Shown piece after piece: positions 56,268-64,000 of a stretch of 64,000 nt of DNA. The first letter of the stretch is position 1; the number at the start of each line of letters is the position of its first letter. A program made the position numbers and the translations under genes. The stretch covers positions 78,444-142,443 of the forward strand of contig JADJJZ010000029.1 in the NCBI GenBank assembly GCA_016706255.1. The letters run 5' to 3'. The notes under the pieces are model-generated. The model saw only the letters and a list, made by a program, of their open reading frames with translations, was not told the DNA's origin and made no database searches. Source of the DNA: Bacteroidota bacterium (lineage in GTDB: Bacteria > Bacteroidota > Bacteroidia > Chitinophagales > BACL12).

Positions 56268-56338
56268 AAGGCACAAAAAAAACCACAATAAATACGCTAA
56301 ATATTTTTGTATTTTTTTTGTGGGTTCTTTTGTGCCTT
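56268..56338. repeat. Long inverted repeat (possible terminator of the 56358-56903 gene)
   Basis: aaggcacaaaaaaaaccacaa (56268-56288) and ttgtgggttcttttgtgcctt (56318-56338) are complementary at 19 of 21 positions, with a 29-nt loop. It lies 20 nt downstream of the minus-strand stop. Confidence 0.5.
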
Positions 56339-56357
56339 TTGTTTAACAAAAAAACAT

Positions 56358-56903
56358 TTACCTCGCTTTCGTATAAATACAAATCTGGTCGCCTTCGTGT
56401 TTGATGAAAACGATGTTTGCGGTGGCGTCGTAGCGGGTGATGGAGCCATCGGAGTTGCGAACATTTACAAAACCATGGGCAACTAAAATGTTAACAGTTA
56501 ATGGATAACATTCTTTTTTTACAACTCCACCCGGCAACGCAGAAAACGTTTCCATTAAACCTGTCGTGTTATTGTAGGTAAATGCCAAAATCATATTATC
56601 TGCCAATACAACTGTTCCGCCCATATCCGATATATCAGTAGTACCAATTATAATTGATCCCGTATCTGAAATATCTGTGGTGCCAATAGCAACAGCACCT
56701 GTATCTGAAATATCGGTAGTGCCAATCGTTTTAGATTGCTGGCCGGTTTTACCAATCTGTATTACATAGTTGTCGCCCGAATGGGTAACCTGAAACGCCT
56801 CTGCCGAAATTTTTACCGGTTGTGTTTCAGTTGGTTCGCATGAAGAAAGCCACCATCCCAGCGCCAAAGCCGACAGCAAGGATAAAATTTTAAAATTTTT
56901 CAT
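56358..56903 (-). CDS. Lipoprotein with three tandem 13-aa repeats (hypothetical)
   Basis: 181 aa with the lipobox LSSC (MKNFKILSLLSALALGWWLSSCEP) and the repeats IGTTDISDTGAVA / IGTTDISDTGSII / IGTTDISDMGGTV. Confidence 0.6.
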   Translation of the reverse strand: MKNFKILSLLSALALGWWLSSCEPTETQPVKISAEAFQVTHSGDNYVIQIGKTGQQSKTIGTTDISDTGAVAIGTTDISDTGSIIIGTTDISDMGGTVVLADNMILAFTYNNTTGLMETFSALPGGVVKKECYPLTVNILVAHGFVNVRNSDGSITRYDATANIVFIKHEGDQICIYTKAR

Positions 56904-57041
56904 AATGATTTTTTGGGTTGTTATTTGAACTGCTAAGATACTTATCTCAAGTATAAAGCGGCAAACCTAAAATCCTATTATTATTAAACGTCAAGACACC
57001 GTATTTATTAACTTTTTGCCCTTGTAACTCAATAAATATAG

Positions 57042-57049
57042 TATATTTG
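57042..57049 (+). promoter_or_regulatory. Bacteroidota-type -7 box (TAnnTTTG) for the 57071 gene
   Basis: TATATTTG, 22 nt upstream of the ATG. There is a TTTG at 57015-57018 as a possible -33 element. Confidence 0.5.
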
Positions 57050-57070
57050 TAGAAATCATTATTAAACGTC

Positions 57071-58588
57071 ATGATAGCTACAGACGACCTGCTTTCCCTT
57101 ATTCAAAGTTTGAATCAGACGGAAAAACGATATTTTAAAATTTTCGCCCAACGCCATGTAATCGGTAAATCAAATGCCTATATCAACTTATTTGATGCGG
57201 TTGATGCTGCTGGAAAAAAGGGCAATTATGATGAAACTGAAATCAGGAAGCAACTGCACAAAATTATTCCGACCACTTCCTTTGCAGTCGTAAAAAATTA
57301 TCTCTACAATCTTATTTTAAAAAGTATGCGCGCCTATCATGAGGATGATAACGAAACGCATGCCATAAGCTTACGTTTATTGGATATCGAATTTTTAATG
57401 CAGAAGGGCTTGTACGACAAAGCATTAAAATTATTAAAAACGATAAAACAATCAGCACACGCGCTCAACAGAAATTTTATGCTGATTGAAATTCTTTCGT
57501 TGCAACGACGTTTAATGCGTCATACCCTCGAAAAAAGCAGCGAAAATACATTGCAAAAATCGTCGGAAGAAGAAATGGCCTGTTTGCAAAATATTACCCT
57601 TGAGTTGAAATATCATCACTTATACGACCAGCTATTTGTGATGTTGCAACAGTATTATCAGTTTAGAGATGAACGACTATTAAATAAGGTTCAAAAAATA
57701 ATGAAAAATCCTCTCCTTGCAAATAGCGAACAGGCAACTACTTTTGAAGCCACCATCATGTACCATCTAATTCATTCAGATCATGCACATTTAATTGGTG
57801 ATGCTTTTAAATCTAAATATCACCGTCATCAAATAATGGTTGCTTACGAAGCGTATCCTAAAATGCAGCAGGATGAATCATTGCGTTATCTCAATTCCCT
57901 CAATAATTATCTGACCAGTTGTTTTCAGATTAACGATTTAGAACAAATAGCCGCTACCCTCGAAAAAATTAAATCTATTTTTCCAACTAACCTCGAAGAG
58001 GAATCTCAAATATTTAAAAACAGTACTTATTTAGAGTTACTATTTTATATCCAGACGAATCGTTTCACTGATGCTCAGCAATTAGTACCGGTAATTGAAT
58101 CCGGATTAAAAAAATTCGGTAGTAAGTTACCTAAAGGCAGAATCCTCACCATATATTACAATGTAGCGGTGTTATTTTTTGTTACCGAAGCATTTGACGA
58201 GTGTCTCACTTGGATTAATAAAATAATTTTTGGCGATTGGGAAAATATTCGTCAGGATATACAAGATTCTGCAAAAATTATTCAGATAATTGTCCACTTT
58301 GAACTTGGAAATATTGAATTATTAGAAAGTTTAATGCGCTCTACACGTCGCCATTTAAAAGAAACTAACCGTTTATATGAAGTGGAATCATTGCTGCTGC
58401 AATTAATGAAAAAATTATTACGCAGTCCCGGTAAAAAGGAGAGAGGCAATGCATTACAAGCCGCCCAATTAAAATTACAACAACTCATTTCCCAATCGGA
58501 ATCAGCCGTAACGGGAACAGATGAAGTGCAGCTTTGGTTAGACAGCCGAATAAAAAATAAAAAGATTTCTGAAATCATGATTAAATAA
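57071..58588 (+). CDS. Hypothetical all-helical (TPR-like) cytoplasmic protein
   Basis: 505 aa with no signal peptide or TM segment. The N-terminus is LLSLIQSLNQTEKRYFKIFAQRH, and the rest has helical-repeat character. No catalytic motif seen. Confidence 0.55.
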   Translation: MIATDDLLSLIQSLNQTEKRYFKIFAQRHVIGKSNAYINLFDAVDAAGKKGNYDETEIRKQLHKIIPTTSFAVVKNYLYNLILKSMRAYHEDDNETHAISLRLLDIEFLMQKGLYDKALKLLKTIKQSAHALNRNFMLIEILSLQRRLMRHTLEKSSENTLQKSSEEEMACLQNITLELKYHHLYDQLFVMLQQYYQFRDERLLNKVQKIMKNPLLANSEQATTFEATIMYHLIHSDHAHLIGDAFKSKYHRHQIMVAYEAYPKMQQDESLRYLNSLNNYLTSCFQINDLEQIAATLEKIKSIFPTNLEEESQIFKNSTYLELLFYIQTNRFTDAQQLVPVIESGLKKFGSKLPKGRILTIYYNVAVLFFVTEAFDECLTWINKIIFGDWENIRQDIQDSAKIIQIIVHFELGNIELLESLMRSTRRHLKETNRLYEVESLLLQLMKKLLRSPGKKERGNALQAAQLKLQQLISQSESAVTGTDEVQLWLDSRIKNKKISEIMIK

Positions 58589-58591
58589 AAA

Positions 58592-58621
58592 AACATCTGC
58601 CAGCAAACGCCGACAGATGTT
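58592..58621 (-). terminator. Putative terminator downstream of the 58644-60842 gene
   Basis: Stem aacatctg (58592-58599) / cagatgtt (58614-58621) with a 14-nt loop. On the minus strand it is followed by a T-run (the complement of A-run 58586-58593). Confidence 0.5.
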
Positions 58622-58643
58622 GTAACAGTAGTAAATAAAATAC

Positions 58644-60842
58644 TTAAGGTAAAATAGAAAAACCTGCATATTTATACCCCTGGTGATTGGTTAAACCGTA
58701 GGCATAAGTTCCATCATAAAAGAAACTTCGGTATCCAACCAAAGCACGGTCATGTGCATATACGCGAACTGTATATCCGCAAGGATCTAATTTTGTGAGG
58801 TCAATACTAAATGCATGTGCAGTATCACCATAGTCGCTTTCACTTGTGCAATTTCTACCTGTTGGTGAAACAATTGTACCTAAAGTAGCTGGTGCAATAA
58901 AATGTGACGATGGTTGCAAATCTAAACTCCAGCTATGGAAGTAATCATCGCGCACTTTAACTGAACCGGTAAGTAATGTATTGGTTCCTGACTGATAAAA
59001 ATTACATTCACCGCCATCAATAATAATATCTACATCATGTAAAGCACTGAGTGGATCACCGGCAACATGTGGATCCGGATTTACTAAAAATCCATCATTA
59101 TCCAAATGAATGGTTACCACATTGCTGTAAGAAATTATTATCGGATTAAATGGATTGGTAAATGGTTCATCAGTAAATGCTACACGCAATTTATGTTTAC
59201 CGTTTTTACTTCCTGAACTCCACACAGCAAGTGCATTAAATCGAATAATTTGTAAAGGTGCAGTACTGCCTTTATAACTTAACCATCCACCTGTTAAAGA
59301 AGGGTCCTGATCATTTAATACCGGCGATGGAAATCCTTCAATTATAAAACGTTGTTTATCTAAAACCGGATTCCATGATGCACCATCATTATCACTATAT
59401 TCAACGCGATAATGAATATTATCCGGAGCACCACTGTTGGTGAAATAACCACTCAACATAATTTCACCACCAAATGGTCGTTTTGCATTTGGAAATGGCG
59501 CTAAAGGTTCAGCAAGTCCGTCAGCATTAATATCACTAATGCTAATTTCATTTACGGTTGTAATTACAATATCCAAATCACCATCGTTTGTTTTACCCGG
59601 ACGTAATTGAACTAAAGCATCCATTCTGTTTCCCCAATGGTTTAATACGTTCGGATTTGTTGTTGATGGTAAAGATGCCCATGATAATACCGCACGAATA
59701 CGAACTACATTTGGCTTGCTGCATGAACGCAAATGTTGTGTAACATCAATCGGTAATGCAACATTGTAATACAATCCTTCAGCAGGCATATTATCTAAAT
59801 CGTGCACGCGTACTTCAACAGTTCCGAGATGATTATCAAAAGTTCCGTTATTATCCCAATCGGCCCAGAATGCAACATATTCGGATGAGCCGGTGCTGCA
59901 TAAATCACCACTGTATCCTGAATTCTTTTTAATATGCACAACTGCACCTAATGTATCGGTTGCCGTATTTAAACCAACACAAACCAATTCCTCAAAATTC
60001 ACATCGGCTTTGTCGTCATTACCAACAATTAATTCAATTAATTTATCATAGTCAACACCAATTTGTGCAATTTCATTTGGCTGATATTTTAATGTGCTTG
60101 CCGCAAATGGTTTATCCATTACAAAAGGTGCGATAGAAGTATACAACATGCGGTGCTCAGGTACTTTTGCAGCTTTGTATGTTTTATACAAATGTTCAAT
60201 TGGCGGAAGGGGAGGTGTTGGTGTTACAAAATCTACTAATTTAGGGATATCAGTAAATTTTGGTTTCGGATAAAATACCAGATCACCGGGATTAAACGGT
60301 TTAAAAATGAGTAATGGTTTTAATTGAATATTACGTTCAATTACATTACCATAATTCGGGTGATAGTCAGGGTTGTTGGGGATAGCAAGGTTCCATGATA
60401 AAATTGCACGAACGGTAGGAATTACTGCTTTGTTGCAGCCTAAATATTTTTTGTGCGCAGCAGTATCCGGATAAATATATGCCATATACTGAATGGGATG
60501 TGCTGTTGGTGTTCCATCAGCAATATTCGCTGCTTTAAAATTGGTCATTCCGGCATCAACAAATCCGGCGCCATCATGGTAATCAATAAAAAAGCGAACA
60601 TATTCTTTCGAACCGGTTGAACATAAACTGGTGCTGTAACCTGTCGACTGCTTCACACTAACTACAGCTTCCAGTCTGTTGGTTTCAGGATTATAACCCA
60701 CACAGGTTAATTCTTCCCAGTAAGTAATATAGTTTGCTTTTATTGGAGATGTAAAAACATTTTTAAACAGCAACTGATGCCGTTCATTTAAATACATGCC
60801 GATTTCTTTTTCATTCAGCATTAAATTTTTAGAGATACTCAT
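58644..60842 (-). CDS. Hypothetical 732-aa protein with internal domain duplication, no signal peptide
   Basis: The N-terminus MSISKNLMLNEKEIGMYLNERHQ is not hydrophobic. There are two homologous ~135-aa domains (aa 37-176 and 281-415) sharing EEL.CVG.N..T..L.AVV..K...GYS..LCSTGS.EYV.F..D and R.RA.LSW......P......GN......L.P. Confidence 0.7.
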   Translation of the reverse strand: MSISKNLMLNEKEIGMYLNERHQLLFKNVFTSPIKANYITYWEELTCVGYNPETNRLEAVVSVKQSTGYSTSLCSTGSKEYVRFFIDYHDGAGFVDAGMTNFKAANIADGTPTAHPIQYMAYIYPDTAAHKKYLGCNKAVIPTVRAILSWNLAIPNNPDYHPNYGNVIERNIQLKPLLIFKPFNPGDLVFYPKPKFTDIPKLVDFVTPTPPLPPIEHLYKTYKAAKVPEHRMLYTSIAPFVMDKPFAASTLKYQPNEIAQIGVDYDKLIELIVGNDDKADVNFEELVCVGLNTATDTLGAVVHIKKNSGYSGDLCSTGSSEYVAFWADWDNNGTFDNHLGTVEVRVHDLDNMPAEGLYYNVALPIDVTQHLRSCSKPNVVRIRAVLSWASLPSTTNPNVLNHWGNRMDALVQLRPGKTNDGDLDIVITTVNEISISDINADGLAEPLAPFPNAKRPFGGEIMLSGYFTNSGAPDNIHYRVEYSDNDGASWNPVLDKQRFIIEGFPSPVLNDQDPSLTGGWLSYKGSTAPLQIIRFNALAVWSSGSKNGKHKLRVAFTDEPFTNPFNPIIISYSNVVTIHLDNDGFLVNPDPHVAGDPLSALHDVDIIIDGGECNFYQSGTNTLLTGSVKVRDDYFHSWSLDLQPSSHFIAPATLGTIVSPTGRNCTSESDYGDTAHAFSIDLTKLDPCGYTVRVYAHDRALVGYRSFFYDGTYAYGLTNHQGYKYAGFSILP

Positions 60843-61101
60843 TGTAATTAATTTATTGAGGTTAAAAAACGTAACCCTGAAATTTTTCCGATTGTGCCGG
60901 CCACAATGAAAATAATTTCATTCGACAAGGCAAGATTAGCGCAGGATAAATCGGGCGGGTAACTAAAAATATTGATTCAATAAAAAATCAAACAAATGAA
61001 TATTCTATATAACAAACTGATAATGAGCAGATTAAGCTATAGCATTATTAAAAGTCAAGTTGCAGAAAAGCGGACTGTAAATTATATTTAAAACGAAACG
61101 C

Positions 61102-62052
61102 TTAATAAGTCTGTAAGTCGATTATTTTTCCATTTTTCCAGGTTGTTTTCGAAATAATTTTTCCGGTTTCATCGTATTTCAACCATTCGCCATTTCGATA
61201 TCCTAAATTAAAATTACCTGATTCATAAATTGAATCATTTGGCCAATAGGATATATAAGGACCATCTGCATAAAATAATTCATATCCTATAGCAATTATT
61301 TTTTCTTCCATCGCATTTCCATCAAAAATATGCATAAAATCTGAGCCCCGTTTTATGAACAAATGAGTTGTATATTTTTTTCGTATTCTATCACCGGAAT
61401 ATTGAATAATCAAAGTATCTGTTCCAAGTTCATAAACATACATCGATTTATCAAAATTCTGCAAGGTATCATTGCTTTCATTTTGCATCATAAAAGTAGC
61501 TTCTAATAAATCTTGTGTAATGCTGAAAACATTTGAATTAATACGATTATTTAAATCAACATATTGGTTTTTAAACAATTTGTTTTTAATGGCTCCATTT
61601 TCCCACAACTCAGTGCAGGCAATCACTCCAGCCTCATCATAATATTCCCACAAACCATTTTTTGCGCAATTGGAAAAATTCCCACTCATGTATTTTTGAT
61701 TGTTTTCATGCCATGAGTCAAAAGGTCCATCTGCAAGTAAAACATAATATTGCTTTATTGCTGTATTTTCCTCATAAGTTTCTTCATCTAATATCCAAGT
61801 GGTATCTGATCGAAAGTGCAACTTAGCCATCATTTGAAATTCGACATTACCAGATGGATAAAAATGTGTAACGGAATAGTTTATACTATCAATTTTTATT
61901 AATAAAAAATTGCTGTCAATTGTGTGCTCAAAATGATTCTCTGCAAAACAAATACGGATTGGAATATTTTCTGTATTTGTTGAATTGTTTTGAGCGGATA
62001 AACTTAAATAGCAGCTAAAAACAATGGTAAATAAAACTACATATGCTTTCAT
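61102..62052 (-). CDS. Secreted MORN-variant (YwqK-like) repeat protein
   Basis: 316 aa with a signal peptide. It contains repeats of the type GPFDSWHENNQKYMSGNFSNCAKNGLWEYYDEAG and GPYISYWPNDSIYESGNFNLGYRNGEWLKYDETGKI. Confidence 0.7.
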   Translation of the reverse strand: MKAYVVLFTIVFSCYLSLSAQNNSTNTENIPIRICFAENHFEHTIDSNFLLIKIDSINYSVTHFYPSGNVEFQMMAKLHFRSDTTWILDEETYEENTAIKQYYVLLADGPFDSWHENNQKYMSGNFSNCAKNGLWEYYDEAGVIACTELWENGAIKNKLFKNQYVDLNNRINSNVFSITQDLLEATFMMQNESNDTLQNFDKSMYVYELGTDTLIIQYSGDRIRKKYTTHLFIKRGSDFMHIFDGNAMEEKIIAIGYELFYADGPYISYWPNDSIYESGNFNLGYRNGEWLKYDETGKIISKTTWKNGKIIDLQTY

Positions 62053-62263
62053 TTTTTATATGTGTTATTTTGAGGAATTGTAGCTAGTTTTTAGCTAAAT
62101 AAGTTTTTATCAAAAATAACAACACTTGCTTGTTATTCATAAAGCACATTTTCAATAGGATTCGGGTTTCACATTTCTCCATAGTTTGTTAACGACATTT
62201 AACACTCAAAGTGAAACTTTTTGACCTCAAAACGGTTATACTATTGTGTGTTTTCATGGGGAT

Positions 62264-62300
62264 CAGGGGTCGTTCCACGTCAGTGGGCACCCCTGTTTTT
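62264..62300 (+). terminator. Orphan terminator-like hairpin with no upstream plus-strand gene
   Basis: caggggt (62264-62270) pairs with acccctg (62289-62295), an inner ccac/gtgg stem sits within, and TTTTT follows at 62296-62300. The nearest upstream gene is on the minus strand. Confidence 0.45.
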
Positions 62301-62464
62301 ATTCGGTTTAATTCTACTTCTAACCCATAGCTTTTCCTGCTTTGTCGCATCAAAAATGTAATATCAGGGTCAAAATAATTTGCATTAATTGAAAATGCAG
62401 ATAAAATGTTGAAAACTTGACCATTCAAAACCCTTAATTACTATGGTTTAGGGACTAAAATCAC

Positions 62465-62472
62465 TACCTTTG
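62465..62472 (+). promoter_or_regulatory. Bacteroidota-type -7 box (TAnnTTTG) for gyrA
   Basis: TACCTTTG, 66 nt upstream of the gyrA ATG. Confidence 0.5.
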
Positions 62473-62537
62473 TACTCTCAAAAAATAACCAGTTTTTACA
62501 CGAGAAAATAAACCAAGCGTAAAAGGAGAAAAAAGAC

Positions 62538-64000
62538 ATGTTTGAAGGCGAAAAAATAATTCCGATAAATATTGAGGAAGAAATGAAAACAGCCTACATC
62601 GATTATTCGATGTCGGTAATTGTTGCCCGTGCGATACCTGATGTGCGTGACGGTCTGAAACCCGTTCACCGTCGCGTGTTGTATGGTATGAAGGAATTGG
62701 GTGTTAACTATGCCAAACCTTATAAAAAATCTGCCCGTATTGTTGGGGAGGTATTAGGTAAATATCACCCGCATGGTGATACATCAGTTTATGATGCCAT
62801 GGTGCGTATGGCGCAGGAGTGGAGCATGCGTTATCCGTTAGTGGATGGACAAGGTAACTTTGGTTCGGTTGATGGTGACAGTCCTGCAGCAATGCGTTAT
62901 ACCGAAGCACGTTTTTCCAGAATTGCCGAAGAAATGATGGCCGATTTGGATAAAGAAACTGTTGATTTCAGTAATAACTTCGACGATACACTTGAGGAGC
63001 CAACCGTATTGCCATCTAAAATACCAAACCTGTTAATCAACGGTTCTTCCGGGATTGCAGTTGGTATGGCAACTAATATCCTCCCGCATAACTTATCTGA
63101 AATTTGTGATGGCATTGTTGAATACATTCGCAACAGGGAAATTACCATTCCTGAATTGATGAAGTATATCAAAGGCCCGGATTTCCCGACAGGCGCAACC
63201 ATTTACGGTATTGAAGGTATTGCAGAAAGTTTTGAAACTGGTCGCGGCAGAATTGTTGTACGCGGAGTTGCCAATATTGAAACTACAGCAAACGGTCGCG
63301 AACATATCGTGATTACCGAATTGCCATATCAGGTAAATAAAGCCTTATTCATTACTAAAATTTCTGAGCTTGTTCACGAGAAAAAAATTGAAGGTATTTC
63401 TGATGCCAACGATTATTCTGACCGTGAAGGTATGCGCGTGGTAATCGATTTGAAAAAGGATGCCGTTGCTACCGTTGTATTGAATCAGTTATACAAATAC
63501 ACACCGTTACAAAGTTCTTATGGTGTAAATAATATCTGCTTGCATCAGGGCCGTCCAAAATTGCTCAATCTGAAACAGATGATTGCGTATTTTGTCGATT
63601 TCCGCCATGAAGTGGTAGTGCGCAGAACACAGTATGATTTGCGTAAGGCTGAAGAACGTGCACATATACTCGAAGGTTTGTTAATTGCCCTCGACCATTT
63701 GGATGAAGTAATTGCCCTCATAAGAGGATCAAAAACGCCTGATGAGGCAAAAGAAGGTTTAATGAGTGGTTTCGGATTAAGCGATTTGCAGTCCAAAGCC
63801 ATTCTCGAAATGCGTTTACAGCGTTTAACCGGCCTCGAGCGCGATAAAATTCGTGAAGAATACAATGAAGTAATGGCGCATATTGCACGTTTAAAAGAAA
63901 TTTTAGCGAATGAGCCAATGAGAATGCAAATCATTGTAGATGAAACTTTAGAAATCAAAGCGAAATACGGTGATGAACGCCGCACAAATATTGTTGCTGC
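62538..64000 (+). CDS. gyrA: DNA gyrase subunit A (5' part; runs off the window)
   Basis: The ORF is open to the right edge, so it is absent from the ORF track. My translation is [51 protein letters not shown]...[52 protein letters not shown], which includes the QRDR and the active-site Tyr motif. Confidence 0.95.
   Translation, partial: MFEGEKIIPINIEEEMKTAYIDYSMSVIVARAIPDVRDGLKPVHRRVLYGMKELGVNYAKPYKKSARIVGEVLGKYHPHGDTSVYDAMVRMAQEWSMRYPLVDGQGNFGSVDGDSPAAMRYTEARFSRIAEEMMADLDKETVDFSNNFDDTLEEPTVLPSKIPNLLINGSSGIAVGMATNILPHNLSEICDGIVEYIRNREITIPELMKYIKGPDFPTGATIYGIEGIAESFETGRGRIVVRGVANIETTANGREHIVITELPYQVNKALFITKISELVHEKKIEGISDANDYSDREGMRVVIDLKKDAVATVVLNQLYKYTPLQSSYGVNNICLHQGRPKLLNLKQMIAYFVDFRHEVVVRRTQYDLRKAEERAHILEGLLIALDHLDEVIALIRGSKTPDEAKEGLMSGFGLSDLQSKAILEMRLQRLTGLERDKIREEYNEVMAHIARLKEILANEPMRMQIIVDETLEIKAKYGDERRTNIVA

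Noticed and set aside
62189-62428. 79-aa minus-strand ORF in the spacer upstream of gyrA
   Set aside because: It reads straight through a strong GC hairpin and T-run, and has no recognisable motif, signal or coupled neighbour. I keep it only as an alternative explanation in the finding on that spacer.
62704-63985. Five minus-strand track ORFs (62704-62910, 62897-63202, 63093-63305, 63545-63985, 63718-63918)
   Set aside because: All are antisense to the unmistakable gyrA reading frame (62538 onward). Their translations are low-complexity and have no motifs.
1-64000. CRISPR arrays, tRNA/rRNA genes, transposases, integrases and prophage genes
   Set aside because: I read all intergenic regions longer than about 60 bp and saw no regularly spaced direct repeats, no cloverleaf-like GTTCGAATC-type arms, and no ORF with DDE, tyrosine-recombinase or serine-recombinase motifs. 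A tRNAscan or Infernal run would be needed to be definitive.

Overview
This 64-kb chromosomal segment looks like Bacteroidota. Five secreted proteins end in T9SS C-terminal sorting domains, several genes are preceded by TAnnTTTG -7 boxes, and the gene content fits. I support about 47 protein-coding genes, two of them truncated by the window edges: a pentapeptide-repeat gene at the left and gyrA at the right. By eye I found no rRNA, tRNA, CRISPR array, transposase or integrase.

Housekeeping genes: mdh, tilS, etfBA, crcB, a CNT/NupC transporter, rdgB, ilvE, nth, msrB, folC, gyrA.

These are interleaved with cell-surface and secretion loci:
- two M43-like metalloproteases
- a MopE-motif T9SS protein
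- an ECF-sigma outer-membrane operon
- a tandem pair of OmpA/PD40 paralogues
- two adjacent giant (~1800 aa) T9SS-cargo paralogues, next to a sigma54-type response regulator and a hybrid kinase

Best candidates for something undescribed:
1. The giant paralogues contain five copies of a ~210-aa module I cannot assign to any family.
2. A GxxExxY nuclease-like gene is bracketed by two ~215-bp direct repeats, each of which folds into a long hairpin built on CACAGAG-type arms.
3. A 732-aa protein with no signal peptide and an internal domain duplication sits in a small accessory-looking islet just upstream of gyrA.

Four genes are split by frameshifts that are each repairable by a one-base change in a short run, so assembly error has to be excluded before any of them is called a pseudogene. 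All family assignments come from motif reading only; no searches were run.
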